A stretch of DNA of 64,000 nt from Octopus vulgaris (taxonomy: Eukaryota): NCBI GenBank assembly GCA_951406725.2, contig OX597815.1, positions 142,538,001 through 142,602,000 of the forward strand. The letters run 5' to 3'. Positions 1 through 14,646 of the stretch are shown here, one piece after another. The first letter of the stretch is position 1. Every line of letters begins with the position of its first letter. The notes under the pieces were generated by a model, which was given only the letters and a program-made list of their open reading frames with translations, was not told the DNA's origin and ran no database searches. The position numbers and the translations under genes are program-made.

Positions 1-1209
1 CCTAGTAAAATAACTTGAAAATACTGGTCGCAATATAACTTGTGATATTTTGTTTTGAAGTCTAGAATTAGCTGGAAAGATTCTTAGCAAAAAAACTACT
101 TTAGTTGGAGCAATTATAAAGAACAGAGTTGAACTTCCATATGCTTTCACAAATGCAAAAGAAAGAGAAATCAACAGCACAGTATTTAGATTTCAAAAGA
201 ATTCTATGATCCTATCTTATTTTTCCAAGAAAAATTAAGTAGTCACACTTATGAGTACAATGCACTCTCAGTCTTCACTTGATTCAAAAAGTGCCGAAAA
301 GAAACCTGAAGTTATTACATGTTACAACCAAACAAAAGCAAGAGTAAATACCCTAGTAAATATTTTAAGAACATACACTTACAAAAAAATGACTCGAAGA
401 TGGCCTATGGTTGTATTCTTTTCTGCACTAGGCAAAAGGCCCGAAATTTTGGGGGATGGGGCGAGTCGATTACATCGACCCCAGTACGCAACTGTACTTA
501 CTTTTTCGATCCCGAAAGGATGAAAGGCAGAGTCGACCTCGGCGGAATTTGAACTCAGAACGTAAAGACAGACGAAATACCGCTAAGCATTTCACTCGGA
601 GTGTTGATATTTCTGCCAGCTCACCGCCTTCCTTTGGTTATATTCTACAATATGCTTGATTTAAGTGTGGAGACTGCTTTCCTTCTTGCTAAACAGCTTC
701 ACAAGCGACGTTTCAAGAATAAAAGAAGATAGTGATTAATTCAGTTAGGAAAGGAACTTGCTGGAGTTAATGCTCAACAAGAAAATGACAAACAATCTTC
801 TAGTTCCGCTAACATTTCTCGACCAAACAAGAAAAGAAGACGATCTTCAACCTTATTTGAGATTCCACAGCCAAAATAAAAAAAAAGGTAGGAGAACTCA
901 TACTACATGTAAGAATTGTAATACCCATGTTTGCCAAGAGCATTCCGATGTTGTCTGCATTAACTGCCATGAAGAACTGAAATTCTGTACTTCTGTATCT
1001 TTTTAAAATTTATGATGTATCCTCTAAGCTGCATTGTTTTCTATTAAAATTTGAGAGAAACAGTAATTCTTCATTCACCTGATGGCACCTGATGCAGCTA
1101 AGAAATAGTGGTAGCTTGAATGAAATTTAATTAAAAGAAATATATTGGGTCCATTGGACCCTGTTGGTAATTAGTAACATATATTTTTCTCGCGTAGACC
1201 AAGGGTTAA
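1..1209 (+). mobile_element. piggyBac DNA transposon, decayed 3' part (transposase C-terminus and right end)
   Basis: Frames give KKPEVITCYNQTKARVNTL...TRRWP(M/L)VIFYNMLDLS and a C-terminal Cys-rich domain (TCKNCNTHVCQEH..CINC). Subterminal palindrome gggtccattggaccc at 1147-1161; the end reads ...AGGG followed by TTAA (1206-1209). Stops and frameshifts present. Confidence 0.9.
420..630 (-). mobile_element. tRNA-derived SINE family A, inserted into the piggyBac transposase
   Basis: Minus strand shows an A-box-like head GGCGGTGAGCTGGCAGAA, B box GAGTTCAAATTCC and core GCCTTTCATCCTTTCGGGATCGA. About 16-bp TSD: cctatggttgtattct (404-419) and cctttggttatattct (631-646). Confidence 0.9.
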
Positions 1210-1440
1210 TCATTCTCGCCGACTCATATGTAAGGAAATATGATATGAACCACAAGAAGCATACTCGTTACACAAGTTAGGTGTAAAAAAATTGCTTGAT
1301 AATGGCTTAGCTGCCTGAAACTTGGGAGTCACAGTCAATACTATTATTAACGTTTCTATTCTACTAAATGAATTGCGTTATCCTTCAATTGAAAGCAAAA
1401 TTATTTTTATTACACACACACACACATGCATACGTGATAC

Positions 1441-1470
1441 ATGCATATATATAGATATATATATATATAT

Positions 1471-1541
<71 letters not shown>

Positions 1542-1582
1542 TAGTGTGTGTGTATGTGTTTATATTTATCTCTACATGTATG

Positions 1583-1657
<75 letters not shown>
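1441..1657. repeat. (TA)n, (GATA)n and (TA)n microsatellites
   Basis: Directly visible. Confidence 0.95.
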
Positions 1658-1662
<5 letters not shown>

Positions 1663-2615
1663 TTTCAACATGTGTCTGTACATTGTACTCTTGAAAAGAT
1701 AGAAATGTAATACTAACGCCACCACTTATGTCTATTGAAACATTGCAGTTGCGTTGTGGACCTTTCATCACAGCCATCTTCTGGAAGTAATGGATACGCT
1801 TCATTCTTTTTCACATCTTATTTGCTTACATCAGTGTCTTCTATAATGATGAAATATATAATTAGGAAAGGTGAGAGGAACTTACATTTATCATACGTTG
1901 CAGCATTGGGTAGAGAACAAATACCACAAAGTGGGGCATGTTGTAGTATGTATATAATTGACATTATAGTTCCACCCATATAATAATACAATGCATAGAA
2001 AATTATTAATATATAATATAACGAGTGTTTATACTTACATTCTTCCTAATCGATGAAAATTTTTATTTAACTGTATTATGTTTGCGAGGATATATGGTGG
2101 ATGTGGAACACGTACGTAATACTGAAAGGTACTCCTGCGTACATTTTCTCTTTCTGTTGTTGATATATAATCATATATGTATATTTGTTACAAGGAAAAA
2201 ATGGACAGTCACTTCCACATCACGACCCACCTTTTTCTTGTAAGAAAATCTATTAATATCAACTAGACTACTTAATTCTTCATAGTATGTATAAGTTAAC
2301 CTATACATAGAGACATATTTCTACACGCATGCACACAGACACACACACACACACACACTCATATATAATATATATATATATATTTGTGTGTATGTGGATA
2401 TGTTGGGGTATTGGCGCTATTTATAATGTATGTGTTTACTCTAGAGTTTCACGGGACCTCAGGAAGCTGAACACATCGAATCTCTGAGTGCTAGGAATAG
2501 AAAATATTGGCAGCAATGTACAGCTTGATGCATAAGGCTAAAGGTTTTCTTGGCTCTGTTAGTTATATTTCTATCTATCTACCAATCAGCCTATCTATCT
2601 ATTTATCTATCTATA

Positions 2616-2646
<31 letters not shown>

Positions 2647-5277
2647 TTGCCAGTCTGTCTGTGTCTGCCTTTCTGTCTCTCTGTATGCCAGTCAGTCAAT
2701 CTGTCTATCTATGAATCTATCTGTCTGTCTATCTATTTATCTATCTATCTATCTAACTATCCATCCATCTTTCTATATACCTATCTATCTATCTATACAC
2801 ACAATCTATACTCTCATGTAAATATACATGAATACAAACATACGTACATACATGTAAACACACACATGCACACATAAAGATACAGGTTGTATGTGTGATT
2901 AGTTCTATTTATTTATGTATTTATGAATGATGTGAACTTGTGTCCTTTGTAAATAATTTTGTTAAACGTAATTTGCATCAGCTTGACCTTTTACGTAAGG
3001 CAATAATAACCACATATGTGATTGAAAATCGATGATCTGTGCCCTTTACATGGTTACAAAATAATCACTATTTGATATACAATACTTATGAGGTGATCTC
3101 AACTGTGATGACCTGATAAATTTGTAGCCTTCGGTGTTTCCGTTATTAAAGCTTATTGATTTGGTAATTGACGTAATCGACTCTTTGGTTTACATTGATA
3201 TTATTTTGAAGAATTTTAGTTATGTGGTTGAAGGGTGTCGAACAATTTATATATTTGTTTGAATAATTTCATGATGTTTGTGTTTGTGTTTGAAGGAGGT
3301 GAAGGAGATGAATTATTCCACTACGCAGTTTAAAATATTTCTGATGCACGATTGGTAGCATTAAATTGTATCCATCCCACGGGAACATGCTTATTAGGAA
3401 CAACGGCTAGTCGCTGAGATTCATGCGTACGATATAAAATTATACGGAAGGCATTCATGTAAGACCAAAAGGGGTAGCGTTAATTAACATTTATTAACAC
3501 ATTACACATATGATATAGAAGTGATATTAGTATAAATAGGTAACATTTCTGGTTGGACCGCTCTGGGTACAAGTTCTGTCTCGTGGGACATAGTGTTTCA
3601 TACAGACAGTAACCCGTTATAAATTATCTTAAGTTAGTTTCCAAATTATGTAAATTTTCACTCCAATGAATATATGCATTGGGGTGAAAATTTCACTAAC
3701 TACTTTTGCACGATATCATCTATACTTCCCCAAGGAAATCTTATCACTTCGAAATATATCCAGATTTATCTCCTTTATATATTGAAATAATTAAAGTATT
3801 TTAATTAACTTTTCAATGAACATTATGATAAAACATAGCAGCATTTATTTGGCTAATAAATATCAACTTAATAGTGTTTGTATACTTCCTCGTTTCTAAG
3901 AGTTAAATTATTAAACAGTACACCTAACTCTCACAAATACACGGGTATAGAGGCAGAAATACAGAGAAACACACAGAAACACACACACACCACACAAACA
4001 CGAACACACCACACACACACAAAAACACACTGACACACACATTCACACACATTCACACACACACACACTCACACACGTATATCTTTAAAATCGTTGTGTA
4101 TTTTACCTTTAGGTAATACAGAAGATTTGCATTATAAAGTATCGACCCAATGGGGCACCTAAACCATTAATGTTTGGGATATATTGAAAAGCTTTCAACA
4201 GCGATTATATTCACGTATTCATATAACTAACTTACTACAAAAGCAACATGGAATATGAACGAGCACAGCACATGGAAGGCAATGGTTTGCTAATGATGTT
4301 TCCTTTTCAGGAGTTTCTGAAAATGTTAAATGACAGGCATTTATTAGTGATGTAAAGTAGAGATGCTTTTAGGGTAATTGGTGAAGTTAAATATTTCTTA
4401 AGTCTCCTATATTGTTCTTGTTCCCAAACTGCTTGCTAGTTTGAAGTAGTCATTAGTTAAGCATAAATAATTTAACTATGGGAGAATAGTAACAATATAA
4501 ACATGTTTTGGTATTTAATAACTTTGTTCATTTAATATTCAGACCGTTGGGTCTGATCGAGTCGATAGCACAGTTAAGAGGTTACTATAATGGAGATGCT
4601 ATGATTAGTGATCGCGCAGCCTGTAGGCTTTAGTATATGTAGCATTAAGGAAAGGATCAAGTAGTCAAACACCAATGGCAGATTATAACTATCATTCAGG
4701 GAAGTGAGTCACTTTCTATCTGATTGCTCCGTTCTGCTGCAATAGACCGTGTAAATCAACGAACTATAAAGCAAAAGTGATTCTGCCTTTCCCAGCAGTG
4801 AATTAGTGATGCATAAAACATAAATCTTCTTAAATCGACAGCTATATCATCTAAACCAGAATGTTATATCGTAATATCTTTTATGTTTAGAAAGTTGGCT
4901 TCAATTTATAGTTATGTATAGAAATTATACCCACTGAAATCTGTATATCATAATCCGTATTTATCCGCCCACTTCGCTATTCCATCTAAAAATTCAAACA
5001 ATTATCTTCTCGTATATCAGTATTTCATATCTACTGTTAAAGACCTTATCTTCTCTATATAGCTTCCAAGGTCGGTGAATAATTTTTTCAAAACTTGGTG
5101 ATTATTCACATGTTACTCTCATATTTATAAATTACTTCAGAAACTTTACTAAACGCATTGTAGTTTACTAAGAGTTAGTAACCACCTTTATTAACTACAT
5201 ATTGAATAGGCAACTAGAATTATTCACTTAGGAAGAACTGTTCGGGAGTAGCAGAGTTGTACCAGTAAAATTTCTTA

Positions 5278-6075
5278 TACGATAGTGAGCTGAAAAGTTC
5301 ATAGGCTGACTGTGAAGGAATGATGCTAGGGCTGTAAAATCTGGCATGCAATAATTTCAGCCCTTGATATCTCACTGTTCACAGAAGACTTCCAAAATAA
5401 CTAAAGTGACGTCTCTCAAAAATCAATAAAATTTGTCATAGTCGGGTGTTCGAGTATCTACAGAAAAGGGGTTTCATCTTCAAGAACATTCATGCTCACA
5501 TAGTTGCTACATCAGATGATACTCCAGCTTTGTCAGCAGGGCAGGAGTAGTCAGATGAATTTAGGAGTTGAAGGGAGAGTCTTAGGGATTGCCGAGGGTC
5601 TGTTCGTCCTGCGACTGCCATCACAGAGGAAAACATTGATCGTACTCACGTCATGGTGATGGATGAGAGGCGATTTTCTACGAATCAGATAACTTATGCG
5701 ATTAGCATATCCCGTGAGAAAGTTGAAAATATTCTTCACAGTGTACTTGGAATCACGAAGGTCTTTGCCCGCTAGGTTCGATTTCATCTGGCATATGATA
5801 AGACGTGCACCAGACTGATCACATCACAGCAATACCTAACATAGTTCAAGGCAGATCCAGCTGGTTTATTTGAATGTTTCCTGAGCCAGGCTGAGTGTTG
5901 GGTGTCAACTCTTTTAGTGAGAGGCAAATAGACAATTCATGCAATGGAACCATCTATTGTCACCTGCTCCCAAGAATACCAACGTCATTTCACCTTCAGG
6001 GAAGGTGATGGCCTTAGTTTTGGGGATGCAAAAAGCATTGTGTTTATTGACTATCTTTGAAACGGTCACACAATC
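5278..6075 (+). mobile_element. mariner transposon relic (left TIR and 5' part of transposase)
   Basis: Starts TA-cgatagtgagctgaaaagttc, a mariner-like TIR. Degenerate translation RPATAITEENIDR..MDERR..ISISREKVENILH..LGITKVFAR*V (WVPHEL-like) and QWNH..SPAPK..SGKVMALV. Ends at a SINE. Confidence 0.85.
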
Positions 6076-6254
6076 GTTAGCGGGATTTCGTCTGTCTTTC
6101 CATTCTGAGTTCAAATTCCACCGAGGTCGACTTTGCCTTTCATCATTTCGGAGTCGGTAAATAAAGTGCCAGTTCGTACTTGAGCCGATCTAATCCATTG
6201 ACTCCCTCTCCAAAAATTTCGGGCCGGCCTTGTGCCTTCAGTAGAAAAGATTAT
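6074..6254 (+). mobile_element. SINE family A (tail type A), 5'-truncated
   Basis: ctgagttcaaattccaccgaggtcgactttgcctttcatc...aatttcgggcc..ccttgtgcc..gtagaaaagatt. Confidence 0.85.
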
Positions 6255-6285
6255 ATACTTAAAGCTGAGATGTAGCCAAACAATC

Positions 6286-6359
6286 CAGCGATGGAGTAGT
6301 CACACTTCATGAGCTTTAATTCTAAGCGAAACTAGACTAGTATGTGATCTCACTCGCTG
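6286..6359 (+). ncRNA. type I hammerhead ribozyme, near-intact (core variant CUUCAUGA)
   Basis: cagcga.tg.gag.tag.TCACA-CTTCATGA-GCTT taattct AAGC-GAAA-CTAGACTAG-TA-TGTGA.t.ctc.ac.tcgctg. Long bulged stem I, 4-bp stem II, palindromic stem III and GUA site. Confidence 0.75.
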
Positions 6360-6647
6360 TAGGGCGGTCTTCGCCCCTGTCAGTCAATAGAGACGTGCTT
6401 CCTGCGGCTATAGGAGCTTTTAACTCTTATTTCTAGCAATATGGGTGCTACCCTGTAATGTCAGTCACAATCAGTGATAATTGAATTTTTCCACTTTGGT
6501 TTCATATTGCGTATAGCGACCTTCGTTATCATATATATATATATATTTATGCTTTACAATATTAAGGTCTGGGTGTGTGAACGTGTGAATTTTAAGAGGT
6601 TTTCAGCTTTGGGATCTTATATAATAAACCTGATGGTCTATATATGT

Positions 6648-6742
<95 letters not shown>
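6648..6742. repeat. (GATA)n microsatellite
   Basis: Directly visible. Confidence 0.95.
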
Positions 6743-6744
<2 letters not shown>

Positions 6745-7686
6745 GCAGGCGGATAGATAGAGAGAGGGAGAGAGATTGACAGGACTGTCAGAGAAAGTGA
6801 GAAAGATTTCTGTGTATATTGATGTATGCCTTTGAGTTTGTGCCAAACTCTTGTTTACCTTCGATATATTTCTATTTGAAATAAGATGAAAGAGATCCAC
6901 TGTATAACATGTGAATAGAAATGTATATCACTTATCTATTGATTTCGTTATATTGCTGCTGTGATATAATTCACGCTAACCCATCTGTTGCAAAATGATC
7001 ATTTCACTCTATTGAATAAATGTAAAGAAAATCCAAAAACTATTTGGCAAAAAAGCCTGGAAATGAATCTTTATCTGTGCTTTTAATCTTTGTGATTTAT
7101 ATGTGTAAATTATATTTGTACTATATTTTCATTCAAATAACAATACACAAACGATATCATACACGGCCATCATCTTAACAAAAGCAGCGAGTAAGTTAGT
7201 TATTGCTTTATACTACATATAGATAGCATCAATGCAAAATACATTGATATATGTCTAACAAAAAAATTAGCTAGTTAGGATAAACATTTAACTGCAATAT
7301 CAAAAGGAGTTATTTCATGTTAAGTCGCTCTGAAAGTGGAGCATACTCAGATAACAACGACATAGACTTCCACTTAAAATCGCGGTAAAATCAGAGTGAA
7401 CTAGAAATGCTTGGTATTGAACAAATCATTGTTTTCTGCACTAGTATAAATAGAGTGTAATAATATCTTCTAGAATACCTGATAGTGATTTAAATATCAA
7501 TTATATGATAACTTGTCACAGAATTACATCATTGGATGTGAACAATGATACAAATATCACCCGAGGAAAAATATTTCCTATACAGGCCTGCATAACTACA
7601 AAATTAAAATAATTTTTCAACACAATTCCGAAATTTATTTGCGTATATTAAGTATACATCTGCTTTGCTTCTAGTTACGACTGGTA

Positions 7687-8291
7687 GTGGATTACATCGG
7701 CCCCAATGTACAACTGGTACTTATTTTATCGACTCCGAGAGAATGAATGACAAAGTCGACCACGGCAGAATTTGAACTCAAAACGTAGAGACACACGAAA
7801 TACTACTAAGCATTTTGCCTGATGTGGTAACCATTCTGCCACGCTCTCCACCTAAGTCTCACATTGCGGCACAAGCCTAGCAACAGTGGCGGGGGGTTGA
7901 AATCAATTGCATCGACCCCAGAGATCGACTGGTACATATTTTATCGACTCCAAAAGCATGAAAGATAAAGTTGATGCAGGCGGAATTTGAACTCACAACA
8001 TAAAGACGAACGAAATGCTGCTACGCATTTTCCCAGTATACGAACGATTTTGCCAGCTCGCTGCCTTCTAGTTCTTATATATTGATTTCAAATTTTGGTA
8101 CAAAACCAACACTTTCGGGGAAGGCATAAGTTGATTCCAAAGATCCCAATGTTCAACTTGTACTTATTTCATCGAAGCATTTAAGATGAAAGTCAACCTC
8201 GACGGAATTTGAACTCAGAACGTAGAGACAGACGAAATTCTACTCAGCAGCTTGCCAGGCGTGCTAACGCTTCTGCCAGCACGTCGCCTTT
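7687..8291 (-). mobile_element. three head-to-tail copies of SINE family A
   Basis: Three successive ...atcgac(c/t)cc..atgaa..aaagt...gaatttgaactca...ctgcca blocks at about 7687-7853, 7861-8067 and 8085-8291. Confidence 0.85.
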
Positions 8292-8940
8292 CGTAAAAGT
8301 AGGTATTAGTAGGCATAGTAAACAAAACTGTAGTTCTTAAATATAAATATCAATGAACCACGGCCCGAACACTTACGCAGGCATGCAGTATTTATGAATT
8401 TGGGAACAGAACATATTTCCATGAAGCTCTTCCTTATCAATCTGTTATTCCTGTAGAAAATCTAGTAGGATATTTGCCTCTTCAATTACGAAAAGAAAAT
8501 AGTTTTAATTACTACACAATAGCTGTTTCAGAGCTGTTACTAGACAATTCCAGCGAATATTATTCTTTCTTTTTATTTCATGTGTATTTGATAATAACTT
8601 GAAATGGCAGAATGAGACTGTTATAATAATGTTGCCACTGGGAACATACGGAATTTATCGTTTTAATGATGATTGCTCACATACTCTGATGTAGTTTCTT
8701 GAAATGTAAGATGCAGGAAATGGATGTGCACTTCTTTCACTGAAATATCTAGCTACTCAAGAATAATAGATACACATATGTTTGAGCTGATGAAATTCCT
8801 TTTAGACGCAGAATGACGCTACAACTAGAATATTGTACTTCGCAGAGAAAGTACACGCAGAGTATTTAAATCCTATATCCCTTGGGAACCAAGCGTTACG
8901 CGTTTATTTAGAACATAAAAAAGCGTACATTGCAGCGCGA

Positions 8941-8941
<1 letters not shown>

Positions 8942-9036
<95 letters not shown>

Positions 9037-9040
9037 TGTG
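8942..9040. repeat. (TG)n microsatellite
   Basis: Directly visible. Confidence 0.95.
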
Positions 9041-9634
9041 TAAAATTCAAAATGCAGCATGGAAACGATTAATGGGAAAAGAACGATGGACAAAGGAACA
9101 AGGAAATACCACACACAGGACAAGAACATTCAAACAACAGGCGATATGTCAGCACGTTTGAGTCCGAAGACTTTAATTTCCTTGGTGCTGCTCGTTTGGT
9201 TGTGGTAGTGATATAGTGGATACCACTAAGACAAAACTATAAAGACTACAAACTACAAGCGGCACGGGAAATTATTACTGATAGAGGCAAGAACGTATAT
9301 ATACAAATATACATATCATCCTCATCATAATCATCATCGTCATCATCATTATTATTTCACTTACTCATAGCGATACTAATAGCTTGTTAAAACTCATTAT
9401 TCATATGCTTCGAGAAAACTGTCAGTCGAGTACAGAGCAGTAATAAGAAATAGAATGAATGAAAATGGAATAAGAAATGATGTCAACTTTATTAGCTTAC
9501 AAATGTTTCTGTTGTAAGATGCATCGCACTGTTAGTTGATTGCTTGCACATCACCTCGTACCGTCATGGGAGCTTCAATAAGAAAGTGCATTCTTATTTG
9601 GCAAAGCATTTTCATTTATGTATATATATGTATA

Positions 9635-9701
<67 letters not shown>

Positions 9702-9829
9702 AGTATTACCATTGCAAAACACATACACATATGTAGGAAAGGAACGAAGGAGTTTGCGAGGCAGAAAGCAATCCCAGTAAGATATAAATTTAGATAAAGT
9801 GCTATGTATATGTGTGTGTGTGTGTGAGT

Positions 9830-10510
9830 ATAAAGAAAACACAAACTGGAACAAGAACATTACAGGCGACAACAATACATCCGAAAAGTTAGACAATACA
9901 AAAAAGGACAGGAAAAACCAGGGACGGGTCAGTCGAAGCTTCCTGTCCTTAGTCAAGTTCCTAATTATTTCAACAGTTTTGGCTGGTTACACTCGAGACT
10001 ACTCCAGTCTGGCGGGCCCCAAGAAAATCTAAGCTAAGAGCACTAGAATGGGAAGGGAATGTATACGAAAACAAGGACGTAGAAAAAGAGAAATGGCACA
10101 AAATTACAAATACAAATAACAGGACATTAACAATAGGTGCCTTTCGACTAAGAATGAATTAAATTAAACTGGCGATTGTGGAACCTTACAGGATGAACGT
10201 AACAGATGAAAGTCATAGGAAGGAATATAAGAGATGCTGCATGGATGATAGTCGAACCAATAAAGAAAGGTCAGGCTTCGCGGAACACCAGTTACGCGAA
10301 AGGAGAGAAGAGTGGTAGGGGGCAAGGGAATTGAAGAATTAGGGAGGGACGCAAAAGAGAGAAAAAGAAGGAAAGGGACAGAGTGAGGTAAAAGAGAATG
10401 GGAAAGTGAGAATGAAAGGAAGGCAAAGGAATGTGAAAGAGGGGGAGCATCAAAAAGAGAAGTGGTAAGAACCAAGAAAGTGTGATGGGGGATAAAAGAA
10501 AGAGTAAAAT
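9830..10510. mobile_element. unclassified interspersed repeat between microsatellites, possibly Penelope-like
   Basis: Complex, strongly purine-skewed block bounded by (TG)n and (TA)n. No clear coding motif; classification is inference only. Confidence 0.3.
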
Positions 10511-10600
10511 AGTCTTACAGAATTTATATTATATATATATATGTATATTTATATATATATATATATATATATATACACTTACATATAGGAAACCATATAG

Positions 10601-10634
<34 letters not shown>

Positions 10635-11639
10635 CTATGCATGTATGTGTACATGTGCATGTATATATGTATGTATAAAGAGTGGTATACGAAGAACTAT
10701 GTAAACTAAAAAAATGTAAATAAAGGAAAAAGCAAAAATATGCATGAGAATGGAGATTGTCCGACAGTGAGAGAATCCCAAAGAATGTAACAGAAAAGAG
10801 AAAAAGTTGTGTTTATGCAGAAGTAAACACACAAACGGCTGTTAGCCATTTGGCCAGGAACAGAATATAGCTACACTCACCAAGCAAATAACTTGACAGA
10901 AAAGGAAAAAAACTTGAGATTCTTTGTAGGGTTAAAGATGAGACAGAGTAGGTAAAGAATAGAAAAAAAAACGTTGAGAGGAAATAAATAGATAGACAGA
11001 GAGTGTGAGAGAGAGGGTACTAATAGTGTGAGAGAAAGAGGGAACTATTTTTGTATATTTCTCTTTTCCTCTTGTTCTCCGCCTCCCTAAGGTATTTTCT
11101 CCCCGCTTCTATGTTCCTTTCTTCTGTCAATCTCTCCTTCCCTCTTACCTTCTTCTCTTCCTTTGCCTACCACTATTACCACGACTGTCGGTAATTCCCA
11201 GAACCTTTCTGTTGAGAATTTTTTTGAAAATTTGCTGAGTACAAACGTGCGTTTTCTAGTCTCCTACTATGAGATTCATACACACACGCTCGCGTGCATA
11301 TATATATATATATACACACACATACACACGCTTTCTGCGAGTATACGTATTCATGCACGTACATGAGCACAATATCTAACACACAAACACGCACATATAC
11401 ATTTATATATACATATATACTACATACTTATGTGTGAGGAGGTGTATAATATAGATATATTTATTGATACATTCCATTACTAAATAGCTGTGTATGCGTG
11501 TGTACTAGTGTAGCTATTAAAATGTGTCATTTGTCCTTAGAACTGAACACCATAAATTATTAAACCATAAATAAAGATTACTTCCACTAATAGATGAATT
11601 AATTTCATGAAAGCCTCTGAAACACGCATGTGTACACGC

Positions 11640-11706
<67 letters not shown>

Positions 11707-11845
11707 TATATATATATACATATATATATATACACGCAAAACTTTATACACATATATCATCTTCGAATGAGTGATTTCTTTCATAGCAAGTGTGTACGAA
11801 TACGCACACACACACATACACATACATATACATACACACACACAC

Positions 11846-11880
<35 letters not shown>

Positions 11881-11984
11881 CAGATAGATACATACATAAA
11901 TATATACATTCATACATACATGCATACATACATACATACATATTATACTGATAGATAAGCAGATAGACAAACAGAAAGATAGAT

Positions 11985-14646
11985 CAGTGGTTCCCAAAAC
12001 GTGCAGTGCGCGGTGCAGTGGTGCTTCGCAAGATATAATTATGTGCACCACGAAATAGTAAGATTATATTTCAAAATATGAAAAATACAAACCGAAATTT
12101 GCTAGCTATTTCATATATAAATGTCTAAGTAGCAAAAAACTAAATACTAAGTTCTAAACTAAGAATGAGAAGTGGTTGTGTCATTCAATTCATTTCGGCT
12201 AATTATGGTATGACAGTGTCATTCAATTTTGAATCTGGAATTGCATAAGAATAAGAACTAAATTATCATTATTCTATCCTCGAAATTTACATCTTATGAT
12301 CATATTCAATGCAAGAATATGTTTCGGTTTATTCCTGTCGTAGCTTCAGCAGTTTTCATTTCAATAATACGAGTGAAAAATAAACTATTGAATTAAAATA
12401 TACGATGGTGAAGTAGATCTTTTAATACGTCCTCACGTATTGCGACTGTATTTCAATTTTTTCATTCATATAATGGCTAGAATTATCATCTTTTCGAATA
12501 ATTTTGAAAGACTTCTCAAAAAAGTCCTATAATATGTGACCGGCTGCCACTTTTTACTGCTCACTGGTCACTTTTCCCAGTCTCAGTTTGACTTTGGTAA
12601 TAATCTGTGCTCTTTGTGCCAGGCAACTTATATTAACAGACAAAATTACCCATAAAATGGAAAAGTTTATTTAGGGGAAATATAACCATGACGATTATGA
12701 ATCTCAAAGTGAACGTTCGTCAAATGCAAATAAGCGTAGTGATAATAATGCGAAAGCTTGAACCAATCGTAAATATAACAATAGCTATTTAAAGTTTGGG
12801 TTTCGTTAGGCAGGCAACGAGGATCAACTTCTTCCTCTGTATGTTGTTTGTGGTGAAAAGATGTCTAATGATGGCATGTTACCCAGCAAGTCGAAAAAAC
12901 ATTTTACAACTAAACATTCAGATCTTCAATGTAAAGATCTTGAACAGCAACCTAAACGAAGAAACTATTTTGAGAATAAGATGAATGTTTCTGAAAAGAC
13001 TCAAGTTGCCGAAATGATAGCACAACAAACAAAATCGCATACGTTCGCCGAGTCGATTAGCTTACCCGCTTGTAGAAAGATGGTTAAAACCATGTTAGGT
13101 GATGAAGCCGATCAAGAAACAAGCAAGATTCCGCTCTCAAATAATACAATCCATAGGAGAATTATGGGTTTATCTGCTGATATAGAGGAAAATGTACAAA
13201 ACAAACTTAAGGACTCAGAATTTACTCTACATGTCGACGAATCAACTGATATTAGCACAATTACTTATATTTATTCGCTTTATTGATGGTAACCAAATCG
13301 TAAATCAGTTCTTCTGTTGTGAAGAAATGCTACCCATTACAAGAGTTCAATATATTTTTGACATTTTATCTACCTATCTCGAAAAATTAGAATTTATCCT
13401 GGAATGTGTTGGAATATGTACCGACGTGGCACCATCTATGATAGGCTCTATTAGAGGTTTTGCATCGCTCGTACAACAGCAAAATCCAAATGTTATATGT
13501 ACTCATTGCTTCCTGCATTGGAATGTGCTATGGAAGTTTAAGAATCAATACCAATTGAGTTAAAACAAGTATTAAACCAAGTTGTTGAAATGATTAATTA
13601 TATTAAAAGTAGGCTGCTGAAGTGTCGCATATTTAAACTAATTTGAACTAATATGGATTCCCAGCACAAACGCTTACTTTTGCGATCAAAAGTCAGATGA
13701 CTCTCAAAAGCTAAGGTGTATATATGAACTCCAGAAGGAATTGCATGCATTTTTTAAAGAAAAATATGAACGCTTCTTGGATTATCTACAATGTGAATTC
13801 TGGTTTCCAAGCTGGAATATTTAACATAATAGTGTCAATACAAGTATGCAAGGTAGAGATGAAAACATTCTTACTTCGACAGATAAGCTAGTTTCATTTA
13901 AAAAGAAAGTTGTAATTTGGAAAAATAGAGCTGAATGTGGTAACTTCGAAACGTTTCCCTTTAAACGTATAAGCTGCATAAACGTGAATCCTATTGCATT
14001 TGAGCATTTGACAAATCTGGAAGAAAAGTAAACTTTTATTTTCCGTTATTGAACACAGAAGAGTATGATTGGGTTCGAAATCCCTTCATAAAAATTCCAT
14101 CTAATATTGAAAATGTGGGAAGTAGAGGAATTTGCATCTATACCCAGTGATCGCACACTTAAAATCAAGTATTCTTAGTTACTTATAGATATATTTTGGA
14201 TTGCTATTATAAGAGAATACCCCCTCAATAGCAAAACATGCTTTAACTGCTTTGATGCAGTTATCTACATCGTATTTATGTGAGTTGGGATTTTCAACAC
14301 TCAACAACATAAAATCCCCCCCAAAAAAAAAACAAACAATGCTCCGTTTCATCGAAGAAGAAATGAGAGTTTGTCTTTCTCAAATATGTTCCAATATTGA
14401 AAGCGTTTCCAAAAAACATCAAGTGGGTGTTTCTCCTTGATAACTTTGATTCCTGTATTGAATAAAGTTTAAGTACACGCAATTTTCTGTATTTTTAATT
14501 ATCTATATATTACTTTATACTTTGTGCTATGCTAGTATGCATAAAACTCATTTTTGAATAAATTTTAGAATTTATGTACAAAGTTCGTCAAAATATTTTG
14601 ACTTGTTTTAAAGTGCGCCATGAGTAAAAATGTTTGTGAACCATTG
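11985..14646 (+). mobile_element. hAT transposon, Buster/Charlie (ZBED5/SCAND3-like) type, near full length, decayed
   Basis: TIRs CAGTGGTTCCCAAA and TTTGTGAACCATTG; 8-bp TSD AGATAGAT on both sides (central TA, Buster-type). Transposase motifs PSK..HF.TKH, IPLSNNTIHRRI, LHVDESTDI, CTDVAPSMIG, THCFLH, STSYLCELGFS lie in broken frames. Confidence 0.93.

Noticed and set aside
420-630. SINE heads as tRNA genes
   Set aside because: A/B boxes only, no full cloverleaf, and they continue into the SINE body and tail
1718-1945. Minus-strand exon-like segment (AG at 1841, GTTAGT donor, ...[26 protein letters not shown])
   Set aside because: All three frames have a stop after the acceptor, and the implied upstream intron is only 45 nt
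2437-2490. Minus-strand GAAA-CTCTAGAG-TA with an upstream hairpin
   Set aside because: Resembles the 3' half of a hammerhead, but no CUGANGA remnant was found, so it is not counted
8787-8870. CTGATGA as a hammerhead core
   Set aside because: No correctly placed GAAA or stem III
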